Below are positions 53,401 through 61,757 of a stretch of DNA of 64,000 bases, piece after piece. The notes beneath the pieces were generated by a model. The model was not told where the DNA came from. It did no database searches and was given only the letters and a program-made list of their open reading frames with translations. The DNA lies in assembly GCF_003918875.1 (NCBI RefSeq), contig NW_025767447.1, positions 186,001 through 250,000 of the forward strand, read 5' to 3'. Source of the stretch: Haliotis rubra (taxonomy: Eukaryota). A program made the position numbers and the translations under genes. The first letter of the stretch is position 1. Each line of letters begins with the position of its first letter.

Positions 53401-56400
53401 AAAGGATCTTATGGTAGGTGTATCACTGGGTGTATCAATGGGTGTATCAGTGGATCTGATTGTGGGTGTGCCAGTGGATGTGATAGTGGATCGGATAGTG
53501 GGTGTATCAGTGGATGTATCAGTGGGTGTGCCAGTGGGTGTGCCAGTGAGTGTGCCAGTTGACTGGCAGGGACACCAAGATGGCTTCTCACACCTTATCA
53601 ATATTCGGAATCAAACCAATATTTTCACTGTGACAAGGAAACACTTCAACCACATGACCACACCACCAGCCACATAAGGCCTGAAATGTTCTAAATAGTT
53701 TTCTTTTGGCATAACTAGGATAAAATTTAGTATGATATTGCATGTGAGAGTGATTCACTGATTAACTGAGGTTTAACAATATTTCTAGTATCACTTCTGA
53801 AAGACCAGAAATGAGCTTCACATATTGTTACCATATAGGGAATCAAACCCAAGTCTTCAGGGTGGTGAGAAACCCTTTATCTGCTAGGCTATCCTACTGG
53901 CCTGTATGACAGTGAACATATATTCAATGAAGATCACACATTTACACTTAGTATATATATCAACTCACCAGCGGAACATTTTCTCTGACATAGATCGTGA
54001 GAGGAACATTGACAAACTCAGGTAGAGTGTCCTGGGCATCTATCACGTTGATCAGCACATTGACAGAGGTGGTCAAAGCAGGCGTTCCTAAATCCTGGAA
54101 GCAGAAAGGTACTTATAGTAATATAGTAGTATAGCACAACAGGAGTACGTCATCTCCCAATCACTGACAAATTTACCAGTTTTTTTATTAATGTAGTATC
54201 TTTGTGATTTCAAATCATAGCTAAATTTTCCTACAATCGCCAGCAGCTGAAGGGATTGTGTAAATCCAGATTGGGTCCTTACAGGTAGCAAAAGTACTGT
54301 AAGTCCCCATGGTCCCTGGTATGGTGATCTACCATCAGTTGTTGGAGATCTATAGCCCATATTTTTCAAGTTAAATGCTAGTTTTAATACCTGAAATTGT
54401 GATATTCTAGTTGTTTTAATCTCCTTTGTCGAGAGACTTATATTATCTATTGTTTACATATTAACTGTTTTAGTCACGATATGGCTGAAATATTGCCGAT
54501 GTGACTATAAATTTTAACTCACTCACTCACTTACTCACAATGACTGCCAAAAATCACAATTCCTCACAGCTAATAGTGTAAAAATTAAGCAGAATTGTGT
54601 GTGTGTGTGTGCGAGTGTGCATAAGTGTGCATGTGTGTGTGTCAGTGTGTCTGTGTCTGTCGTGCATGTGTGTTTATAAATCATGTGACTACTTGTAACC
54701 AAATCAACATAAGTGAACTTAACATTCGAACAATTAGGGTGTATAAACCCGTTCACGGTATGCAACAACAGATTCCACACATCATGCTTACCACTGCCTT
54801 CAGAGTCATGGTGTAACTTCTTCGAGATTCAAAGTCAAGTTGTCTTTGTAGAACTATGGACGAACTGTATGTCCCTGGCCCAGTCAAGGCCGTTTCCACA
54901 GTAAATATTTCACACGTTGCCTGCGACTGGAAAAATATTTTTAACCATGATCACATAACATATCACACAATTTACACAACCTACCAGTATATCATATACA
55001 TATACAGAACATTGGTGAGAACTCATTAATTAACTCTTCTTACAATTAGATCTTGACCTTCCAGCAGGGTACAGATTGATTGATGTCAGGGATGTCAACC
55101 CATAAGCCTTTGTCTAAGAAATGCCCACCAACCACAAGACTGCCCCACACATTGTTCCCACCCCTCTTCCAGTCTGCTCCACTACCTCCCCCAACCAATG
55201 ACTGCCCCACACATTATTCCCTTCCCTCTTCCAGTCTGCTCCACTACCTCCCCCAACCAATGACAGCCCCACACATTATTCCCTTCCCTCTTCCAGTCTG
55301 CTCCACTACCTCCCCCAACCAATGACAGCCCCACACATTATTCCCTCCCCTCTTCCAGTCTGCTCCACTACCTCCCCAACCAATGACAGCCCCACACATT
55401 ATTCCCTCCCCTCTTCCAGTCTGCTCCACTACCTAATGACAGCCCCACACATTATTACCTCCTCCTCTTCCAGTCTGCTCCACTAGCTCCCCAACCAATG
55501 ACTGCCCCCACATTATTACCTCCCTCTTCCAGTCTGCTCCACTAGTTCCCCAACCAATGACTGCCCACACATTATTCCCTCCCCTCTTCCAGTCTGCTCC
55601 ACTACCTCCCCACCAATGACTGGCTGCCCACACATTATTCCCTCCCCTCTTCCAGTCTGCTCCACTACCTCCCCAACCAATGACTGCCCCCACACATTAT
55701 TCCCTCCCCTCTTCCAGTCTGCTCCACTACCTCCCCAACCAATGACTGCCCCACACATTATTCCCTCCCCTCTTCCAGTCTGCTCCACTACCTCCCCAAC
55801 CAATGACAGCCCCACACATTATTCCCTCCCCTCTTCCAGTCTGCTCCACTACCTCCCCAACCAATGACTGCCCCACACATTATTCCCTCCCTCTTCCAGT
55901 CTGCTCCACTACCTCCCCCAACCAATGACTGCCCCACACATTATTCCCTCCCCTCTTCCAGTCTGCTCCACTACCTCCCCCAACCAATGACAGCCCCACA
56001 CATTATTCCCTCCCCTCTTCCAGTCTGCTCCACTACCTCCCCAACCAATGACAGCCCCACACATTATTCCCTCCCTTCTTCCAGTCTGCTCCACTACCTT
56101 CCCCAACCAATGACAGTCCCACACATTATTCCCTCCCTTCTTCCAGTCTGCTCCACTACCTCCCCAACCAATGACTGCCCCACACATTATTCCTCCCTTC
56201 TTCCAGTCTGCTCCACTACCTCCCCCAACCAATGACAGCCCCACACATCATTCCCTCCCCTCTTCCAGTCTGCTCCACTACCTCCCCAACCAATGACAGC
56301 CCCACACATTATTCCCTCCCCTCTTCCAGTCTGCTCCACTACCTCCCCAACCAATGACTGCCCCACACATTATTACCTCCCCTCTTCCAGTCTGCTCCAC

Positions 56401-59400
56401 TACCTCCCCAACCAATGACTGCCCCACACATTATTACCTCCCTCTTCCAGTCTGCTCCACTACCTCCCCCAACCAATGACTGCCCCACACATTATTCCCT
56501 CTCCTCTTCCAGTCTGCTCCACTACCTTCCCCAACCAATGACAGCCCCACACATTATTACCACTCAATTCTTCTTCCAGTCTGCTCCACTACCTCCCCCA
56601 ACCAATGACTGCCCACATTATTACCTCCCCTCTTCCAGTCTGCTCCACTACCTCCCCAACCAATGACTGCCCACACATTATTACCTCCCCTCTTCCAGTC
56701 TGCTCCACTACCTCCCCAACCAATGACTGCCCCACACATTATTACCTCCCCTCTTCCAGTCTGCTCCACCACCTCCCCCTGACAGCCCCACACATTATTC
56801 CTCCCTCTTCCAGTCTGCTCCACTACCTCCCAATGACAGCCCCACACATTATTACCTCCCTCTTCCAGTCTGCTCCACTACCTCCCCCAACCAATGACTG
56901 CCCCCTGCCCCCCTCTTCCAGTCTGCTCCACTACCTCCCCAACCAATGACAGCCCCACACATTATTCCCTCCCTTCTTCCAGTCTGCTCCACTACCTCCC
57001 CAACCAATGACAGCCCCACACATTATTCTCCTCTCCTCTTCCAGTCTGCTCCACTACCTCCCCAACCAATGACAGTCCCACACATTATTACCTCCCTCTT
57101 CCAGTCTGCTCCACTACCTCCCCAACCAATGACTGCCCCCACACATTATTCCTCCCCTCTTCCAGTCTGCTCCACTACCTCCCCAACCAATGACTGCCCC
57201 ACACATTATTACCTCCCCTCTTCCAGTCTGCTCCACTACCTCCCCAACCAATGACTGCCCCACACATTATTACCTCCCCTCTTCCAGTCTGCTCCACTAC
57301 CTCCCCAACCAATGACTGCCCCACACATTATTACCTCCCCTCTTCCAGTCTGCTCCACTACCTCCCCAACCAATGACTGCCCCACACATTATTACCTCCC
57401 CTCTTCCAGTCTGCTCCACTACCTCCCCCAACCAATGACTGCCCCACATTATTCCCTCCCCTCTTCCAGTCTGCTCCACTACCTCCCCAACCAATGACAG
57501 CCTCCACATTATTACCTCCCTCTTCCAGTCTGCTCCACTACCTCCCCCAACCAATGACTGCCCACACATTATTCCTCCCTCTTCCAGTCTGCTCCACTAC
57601 CTCCCCAACCAATGACTGCCCCACACATTATTGCCTCCCCCTCTTCCAGTCTGCTCCACTACCTCCCCCAACCAATGACTGCCCCACACATTATTACCTC
57701 CCTCTTCCAGTCTGCTCCACTACCTCCCCAACCAATGACTGCCCCACACATTATTACCTCCCCTCTTCCAGTCTGCTCCACTACCTCCCCCAACCAATGA
57801 CTGCCCCACACATTATTCCCTCCCTCTTCCAGTCTGCTCCACTACCTCCCCAACCAATGACTGCCCCACACATTATTACCTCCCTCTTCCAGTCTGCTCC
57901 ACTACCTCCCCCACCAATGACTGCCCCACACATTATTCCCCTCCTCCCTCTTCCAGTCTGCTCCACTCTTAGTCCTCCCTACCTCCCCAACCAATGACAG
58001 TCCCACAGCCATTGTTCCTCTCCTCACAGTCTATCCACTACCTCCCCAACCAATGACAGTCCACACTATAACCTCCCCTCTTCCAGTCTGCTCCACTACC
58101 TCCCCACCAATGACTGCCCCACATCATTCCCTCCCTCTTCCAGTCTGCTCCTGCCTCCCCACCAATGACTGCCCCACATTATGCCCTCCTCTTCCAGTCT
58201 GCTGACTGCCCCACAACCATGACTGCCCCCTCCTCTTCCAGTCTGCTCCACTCCCCAACCAATGACTGCCCCACACATTATTCCCTCTCCTCTTCCAGTC
58301 TGCTCCACTACCTTCCCCAACCAATGACAGCCATTATTACCTCCCCTCTTCCAGTCTGCTCCACTAGCTCCCCAACCAATGACTGCCCCCACACATTATT
58401 ACCTCCTCTCTTCCAGTCTGCTCCACTACCTCCCCAACCAATGACTGCCCCACACATTATTCCCTCCCTCTTCCAGTCTGCTCCACTACCTCCCCAACCA
58501 ATGACTGCCCCCACATTATTCCCTCCCCTCTTCCAGTCTGCTCCACTACCTCCCCCCAATGACTGCCCCACACATTATTCCCTCCCTCTTCCAGTCTGCT
58601 CCACTACCTCCCCAACCAATGACTGCCCCACACATTATTCCCTCCCTCTTCCAGTCTGCTCCACTACCTCCCCAACCAATGACTGCCCCACACATTATTC
58701 CCTCCCCTCTTCCAGTCTACTCCACTAGCTCCCCAACCAATGACTGCCCCACACATTATTCCCTCCCCTCTTCCAGTCTGCTCCACTAGTTCCCCAACCA
58801 ATGACTGCCCCACACATCATTCCCTCCCCTCTTCCAGTCTGCTCCACTACCTTCCCCAACCAATGACTGCCCCACTTATTATTCCCCTCATCACAAGTGA
58901 CTAACCTCAGCATCACTTGAGGAACAGGCGACGGTCACTCGGGCATTATCTGCAGCATCTTCATCCCGTATCGATATCCCGGTGAATATGGCGTTCCAGT
59001 AGCAACATTCTGGAGACCAAAGTCAATGAATCTGTTATGAAGGAGCTACCAAACATACATACATGACATACAACTAAGAATTACCACACATTTTTATTTG
59101 TTTTTATATTTGTTTCTAGTTAGGGATTTTATTTTCTAAAATGGTCATACCCTCTAACTACAAATATGATAACTTAACCAATGATTGCAGTTGTTCAATC
59201 TACATGGTAAACTATTTTACATGGAAGACCTTATGATTCAATATTTCCTCGAATGATAATCTGTAAGGTTGTGATACTTACCTCGTTCACCTTCATGCTG
59301 TAGGGGCCATTGAGAAACTCAGGGGCTTTATCATTCACATCAGTCAATGTGATGTCAATCTCTACTGTTGCCTGCAAATATGGGAGAGACATTTCATATA

Positions 59401-61757
59401 TGTTAAAAGGGATCAAAAACCAACCCCACATTTCATATTAGGACCATAGCACTAGGAAAAGCCCATATGTCAAAGCATAGCAGGCCCTGTATCCCAAAAC
59501 ATTCATGGTGCAAAGACTACCAAAATGGAATGACCAAAATGCAACAAGAAATTGACACAGTTTCCACAGACACACAAAAGTTATCATTCACTGTGCGTCC
59601 TGAAAAAGCATGAGCGGTAGGTTCAAAATAGACTGTTAGTTTGGGATCACATTACAAGTGTAAAACACACGTCAAACAAACTACATACAAAAATTCCAGT
59701 ATTCTGACAGATGGTTTAACTCACTGTTAGGCCCCTCCCATCCCAGCAACTAAACACTGGTTTGAGCAGTCGAGCATTCTCTCCAGTTGGATTGTTCTCA
59801 AATTCTTTCAAATAGTTCTGAAAGTCAAACATAATATTTTTTAATATGAATCTGTTCTCAAACAAGAGATTGACACTGCTTGGCATACTTGATGAATGAC
59901 TACTTTAAGAACAATACCACAACGGAGCCATGGAACATTCTTCTACTTCGCATTTATAAAGATACAAGAATATTTTACATTCAGACAATCTCTATCTATA
60001 AATGAAACAATAATATTGGTACATAATACACTCATGAAATTCAGAAAAGAAATTTCTGTGAAGTGTGACAGTGAAATTTAAGTTCAGATATTTTCATGCT
60101 GCGACTATTATATAATCTATCCTGGCTCAAACACTTCCAAGAGTCATTCAGGAGCATGTCAACCATTTGGTCAAGATCTACAACAACCTGTGCAGAGTTG
60201 TGTCCCTTGACCTTACCAGAAGCACATCCCAGATTTTGCCGCTGGTTTGTCATGGTAACGACTGCCATACCCTGAATCACACTGTGTTTCCTCCATTCAC
60301 AACTGAAATACTGTCAGAGGCAGTACACCATCAGCAACTCCAGAGTGTCACAATAAATACGTCATAATGCCAATAAATTAGTAAATAGGTCCTACCTCTC
60401 TGTCCAAGAGCCGGTTAACGGTGACCTCGCCTGTTGCCTCATTCACCTCCAGTGTCTGACTCTGTACCCCATAGCCCACAATTGGGTCCCCATCATCATC
60501 TTTGCATGACAGCGTCCCCACACTAGTGCCTGTAACAAAATGTAAAGTTGAACAAAACTACTATAACACTTGGGTGTTCATGTTTAACCAAAATGTCCCT
60601 GATGAATACTTCACTGAATCTAAATGAGTGCTGTACAATAGAGCACTCATGTAACCCTTACCTTGTATTAAACCTCCTATGATCTTACCAAGTGTGTGAG
60701 TGAAAGGTTGCAGTGCTCTCTGCAATAACTCATGGGCATCAAGTCATGGGAGACAAAAAACAATCTTCAAACATCCTGCACTGAATACAACTATGATGAT
60801 GTCATCGTACTACTGTTTTCAGATTTGAACAAGGCTTTTCTGAATTTTCATTTTAAAGAAATAAAAATGAAAAATTTTAATGAAATTCCATATACATGGA
60901 AAAAAGTATTGCAACACACCCTATTTTTCACAGTATTAATATGTTAACATTAAACACAACAAGAGAACTTACCCAAACCTTAGACTCCCTAACCTCACTA
61001 CTACTATCCTTATTGACTGCATTAGGCTTTGAATTTGGTGTTTTTAATTTGAGTTGCAATACTATTGTCTATGTGTATATATATCAACCATAACATGGTT
61101 TAAGTCAGAGAATTACCTTGAAACAGCATAAATCATCATATTATCATGACATTCCTGTCATGGAGTCATGCCTTGGACTTTGGTAGACTTGTCAATTTAT
61201 TAACCAGCATGTCTGACTAAAGCAAATATCATATGCTAATAATCATGTAATATAAGAAATATTCCCAATCGACAAGTAGAAATCAACATTATTATTCTGT
61301 GTTCATTTCTGAACCACTACAAAAATACTGCACTGAAGTTTGCTGAATGAAAAGTACATTTTATACTAAAGCACAATACGAACTGTTTCAATTCAATTCA
61401 TAACTTCAAAATTAAAATACAATCAACAATACCTAAAAATTAGTATTTAGCAAACCATGCTTTAGGGTACTATGTAACTATGCCACTATAAATATTAAAA
61501 CCATTTCACGTCACCTTTGTAGACATCAGTTGTATCGATGTATGATGTAAAGATGTGACATTCTTTTCCTCTCAGAGAGAAAGACTCTCAGTCATTACAC
61601 TTACAAACAAAATATCATCATGAACATGTCAACAGATATCCAGATAGCTTACCTATTGCTGTGTTTTCCAAGATACCTTGCTTGGTGAGCCGATCAAGAA
61701 GGTTACCATCTACGTTTTGACCATTTTCGTTCGTAACGAAATAGGGAGCAGAGTTGA
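21504..61757 (-). CDS. Gene A: multi-exon non-classical cadherin, Cad87A-like (14 EC repeats + membrane-adjacent domain + TM + short tail); 5' signal-peptide exon not found
   Basis: 36 consecutive GT-AG exons with matching phases (about 5.19 kb) encode xExxxxG / DxD / LDRE-LDYE / DxNDNxPxF cadherin motifs in order, then a TM helix. One 1-nt frameshift in exon 5. The repeat count fits Drosophila Cad87A from memory; orthology not verified. Confidence 0.9.
22059..22090 (-). CDS. Gene A candidate cytoplasmic mini-exon
   Basis: ttttcag|HKDFMDSQET|gtaagt, 32 nt, phase 2-1; strong splice sites. Confidence 0.55.
22225..22408 (+). mobile_element. Degenerate SINE family 1
   Basis: gaagacccgggttcgattctccacat..tgtgtgaagc..ctggaatattg..actcactc. 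Confidence 0.7.
22486..22619 (-). CDS. Gene A exon 36 (transmembrane helix)
   Basis: SCYKTRSSKDRISWEPLWWTLVALAIFIFICCCILIGAICILYK, phase 0-2. Confidence 0.88.
22850..23100. repeat. 30-bp minisatellite, about 7.5 copies
   Basis: unit actctccacacctctgtgcagtgttccaac. Confidence 0.95.
23111..23234 (-). CDS. Gene A exon 35
   Basis: TDVCFVMVSKDNVQSVREG..KYGAGSPG, phase 2-0. Confidence 0.8.
23610..23696 (-). CDS. Gene A exon 34
   Basis: ALNGVSSDNYFKVQQISYHRGDADRESA, phase 2-2. Confidence 0.78.
24235..24323 (-). CDS. Gene A exon 33 (membrane-adjacent domain)
   Basis: IYIFEPAQTIRVVINEPPNDARNKVNDLL, phase 0-2. Confidence 0.8.
24831..25120 (-). CDS. Gene A exon 32 (EC14)
   Basis: VPSVPIERTVVRVEATDPD..FIVNPDTG..AEDVNKP..KLY. 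Confidence 0.9.
25451..25708 (-). CDS. Gene A exon 31
   Basis: QTESIGSFTVDSEG..LDRESK..KRKRR..SDVNDNSAIF..YE, phase 1-1. Confidence 0.9.
26405..26537 (-). CDS. Gene A exon 30
   Basis: LEVPQRVTISEDAPVGTSVYRVQACDLDEIINGVTYELETSISL. Confidence 0.9.
27291..27410 (-). CDS. Gene A exon 29
   Basis: IILVATDKANTTLQSFRALTIYVRDKDDNVPEFGKCPGLS. Confidence 0.9.
28339..28518 (-). CDS. Gene A exon 28
   Basis: GTPAEQLVLVAQA..FKINSTTGRLTTNGVFDREDKAIIQ. Confidence 0.9.
28650..29066. repeat. 22-bp minisatellite with degenerate edges
   Basis: unit catacagaccatgtacagacta. Confidence 0.92.
29067..29296 (-). CDS. Gene A exon 27
   Basis: RNLFRITNTGYI..AEDRGSPSL..DDGRPQW..YYIDE. Confidence 0.9.
29472..29637 (-). 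CDS. Gene A exon 26
   Basis: LTITVLDVNDNVPKF..VENYNIG..ATDGDIGINGDIVYSMND. Confidence 0.92.
30436..30564 (-). CDS. Gene A exon 25
   Basis: GLILVSRTADLDFETTRVYNLLITASDNP..SVT. Confidence 0.92.
31153..31302 (-). CDS. Gene A exon 24
   Basis: PSYDFSVSESAR..AIDKDSGSFGLVVYSLSG..FEIYDT. Confidence 0.92.
31405..32800. repeat. 27-bp minisatellite, about 50 copies
   Basis: unit ggtcagtttactggggtgtgtttccta(a/g). Confidence 0.97.
33207..33361 (-). CDS. Gene A exon 23
   Basis: GQVSLTKALDYDDG..VRDDNDNSPQFVL. Confidence 0.92.
33666..34035. repeat. ~62-bp minisatellite, about 6 copies
   Basis: acagataacagctgagtactgttgtatctctgtcagtcctggcttcattgcaaacaagtgatgg. Confidence 0.95.
34445..34660 (-). CDS. Gene A exon 22
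   Basis: SVLVTILGTNISTIFFTPARYYFSVTEG..AARDPACGNC..KVDQRT, phase 1-1. Confidence 0.9.
35013..35151 (-). CDS. Gene A exon 21
   Basis: SAFAIDPISGRIRTNSTLRRDLAAEITFNILVRDLNAEGTLRQTAS, phase 0-1. Confidence 0.9.
35172..35330 (-). mobile_element. 3' portion of another SINE/LINE-tail repeat with (ACTC)n tail
   Basis: (gagt)n-tttagttttacgctgcactcagcaatattccagc shares the 3' end of SINE family 1; a related decayed copy lies at about 36500-36705. Confidence 0.7.
35426..35571 (-). CDS. Gene A exon 20
   Basis: ATPIGSIVLDMTATDEDSNSELRFSI..LFDYK, phase 1-0. Confidence 0.9.
35567..36155. repeat. ~31-bp minisatellite, about 18 copies, contains splice-acceptor copy
   Basis: unit aatagttgcttcaaccagggacaaagtacttt. 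Confidence 0.97.
36295..36421 (-). CDS. Gene A exon 19
   Basis: VFAIDSGSPPRTGSTIVIVNLLDANNKAPKFPQQFYVTSISE. Confidence 0.92.
36707..37400. mobile_element. Non-autonomous DNA transposon (MITE), PIF/Harbinger-like
   Basis: TIRs ggcccacttgcacagaacaat / attgttctgtgcaagtaggcc; 3-bp cag duplication on both sides; internal inverted repeat about 36865-36930 vs 37135-37200. Confidence 0.75.
37727..37905 (-). CDS. Gene A exon 18
   Basis: GTSVVNVIATDADSRKNGEFRYTIQSGG..FDFNAFPIYNMV. Confidence 0.92.
38643..38715 (-). CDS. Gene A exon 17
   Basis: DENNNSPTFMMGSYSANISENAQPG, phase 0-1. Confidence 0.9.
39237..39315 (-). CDS. Gene A exon 16
   Basis: FEVVIQASDNGSPPQYVNMTVRVDVQ, phase 2-0. Confidence 0.9.
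39607..39780. repeat. 26-bp minisatellite, about 6.5 copies
   Basis: unit caagaggaactgtaataataataatg. Confidence 0.93.
39874..40022 (-). CDS. Gene A exon 15
   Basis: ARDNEDTSGVITYRIIAGN..FRVDANTGNLTLATRIDYDETPSNG, phase 0-2. Confidence 0.9.
40483..40843 (+). mobile_element. tRNA-derived SINE family 2 (central domain resembling MetaSINE/MESC type)
   Basis: tggtgtagtgg A-box, ggttcgatccc B-box, gtcataccaaaagacgttaaaatatggtac..tgcctggcgttcggcatta core, (cacct)n tail; superfamily assignment from memory. Confidence 0.8.
40874..41117 (-). CDS. Gene A exon 14
   Basis: FLMDPTTGSLSLSKPLDYETQR..AKDGGNP..NINDEAP..VVK, phase 2-0. Confidence 0.92.
41265..41428 (+). mobile_element. SINE family 1
   Basis: ggggcagtggggtagcccagtgg..ggttcaattccc..gctggaatattgctaaaagcg..actcactc. 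Confidence 0.85.
41706..41867 (-). mobile_element. SINE family 1
   Basis: reverse-complement copy. Confidence 0.87.
41920..41987 (-). CDS. Gene A exon 13
   Basis: AIDRDEGENGNVTYTLRGTGND, phase 0-2. Confidence 0.9.
42217..42378 (-). CDS. Gene A exon 12
   Basis: LEARES..LQDLNDNSPQF..LPENAPVGQSIATIQ. Confidence 0.92.
42521..42685 (-). CDS. Gene A exon 11
   Basis: PSNAKYTVV..KLLDYDTPSLRFQRVV. Confidence 0.9.
43131..43308. mobile_element. Fold-back palindromic element (~78-bp arms)
   Basis: aagaaatacacttcgctctaccaccatatatagtgtaataaaaca.. / ..tgttttattacactatacatggtggtagggcgaactgtatttctt. Confidence 0.8.
44275..44416. mobile_element. Fold-back palindromic element (~65-bp arms)
   Basis: cccgtgtaataccatatttatgaaac..ggtatctaa[ctcgctttcgctca]ttagatacc..gtttcataaatatggtattacacggg. 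Confidence 0.8.
44569..44766 (-). CDS. Gene A exon 10
   Basis: AVELDNG..VDVLDENDNIPSFSQSVYNVTLAE..VTDKDD. Confidence 0.9.
45523..45656 (-). CDS. Gene A exon 9
   Basis: DTLGLFRLGPSLPDPDDSSIYRAAVIVNAPIDRETLLGTYRFEVE, phase 1-0. Confidence 0.88.
45652..45792. repeat. 43-bp tandem repeat, about 3.3 copies, contains splice-acceptor copy
   Basis: agtatctgcaacacaagactctcaatatcaacaacaaacca(c/a)c. Confidence 0.9.
45836..47414 (-). mobile_element. 5'-truncated RLE-type non-LTR retrotransposon (R4/Dong-like)
   Basis: RT thumb (YTYLG..KATNTFAVPVLSY..GGRGL), CCHC knuckle CRLC..ETVQHLVSGC, RHD motif, frameshifted nuclease region, KHDKYADL..PIVLGALG; abuts (TAA)n. Confidence 0.9.
47415..47915 (-). mobile_element. 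SINE family 3 (tRNA head, Deu/Nin-like core, L2-type tail ending in (TAA)n)
   Basis: - strand ..ggctagggc..gggatcgagccc head; tgtatactccccagggagttgag core; agcgccttgagcatgc..gcgctatataaat tail; similar tails near 30000-30080 and 27560-27625. Confidence 0.7.
47970..48051 (-). CDS. Gene A exon 8
   Basis: NTSVQLKIGARDGDQGSSRPVKIKIKN, phase 0-1. Confidence 0.88.
48100..53560. repeat. 5.4-kb satellite of 12-bp subunits (24-bp dimer agtgggtgtatc-agtggatctgat)
   Basis: homogeneous on the left, diverged with higher-order blocks on the right; fills gene A intron 7. Confidence 0.98.
53755..53900 (-). mobile_element. Degenerate SINE family 1
   Basis: ccagaaatgagcttcacatattg..gggaatcaaacccaagtcttc..ctaggctatccta. 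Confidence 0.65.
53969..54094 (-). CDS. Gene A exon 7
   Basis: DLGTPALTTSVNVLINVIDAQDTLPEFVNVPLTIYVRENVPL. Confidence 0.9.
54792..54920 (-). CDS. Gene A exon 6
   Basis: ATCEIFTVETALTGPGTYSSSIVLQRQLDFESRRSYTMTLKAV. Confidence 0.9.
55125..58890. repeat. ~60-bp C-rich minisatellite, 3.7 kb, about 60 copies
   Basis: unit ccaatgactgccccacacattattccctcccctcttccagtctgctccactacctccccaa; fills gene A intron 5. Confidence 0.98.
58906..59009 (-). CDS. Gene A exon 5 (apparent 1-nt deletion)
   Basis: NVATGT-[frameshift]-IFTGISIRDEDAADNARVTVACSSSDAE; 104 nt between two phase-0 junctions. Confidence 0.8.
59282..59371 (-). CDS. Gene A exon 4
   Basis: ATVEIDITLTDVNDKAPEFLNGPYSMKVNE, phase 0-0. Confidence 0.9.
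59725..59817 (-). CDS. Gene A exon 3
   Basis: tttcag|NYLKEFENNPTGENARLLKPVFSCWDGRGLT|gtgagt, 93 nt, phase 0-0. Confidence 0.8.
60396..60529 (-). CDS. Gene A exon 2
   Basis: GTSVGTLSCKDDDGDPIVGYGVQSQTLEVNEATGEVTVNRLLDRE, phase 1-0. Confidence 0.9.
61653..61757 (-). CDS. Gene A exon 1 (EC1 start)
   Basis: ttccag|..NSAPYFVTNENGQNVDGNLLDRLTKQGILENTAIG|gtaagc, phase 1-1. Confidence 0.85.

Noticed and set aside
48140-53677. 1076-aa and other long repetitive ORFs (SGCISGSD / TDTPTIRS; antifreeze- or shell-protein-like appearance)
   Set aside because: Open in several frames on both strands because of 12-bp periodicity; frames swap at 1-bp indels; no signal peptide; lies within a cadherin intron.
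60217-60271. Alternative exon 3 candidate of gene A (GMAVVTMT..|gtaagg)
   Set aside because: Phase 0-1 is incompatible with the neighbours; 59725-59817 fits both phase and fold.
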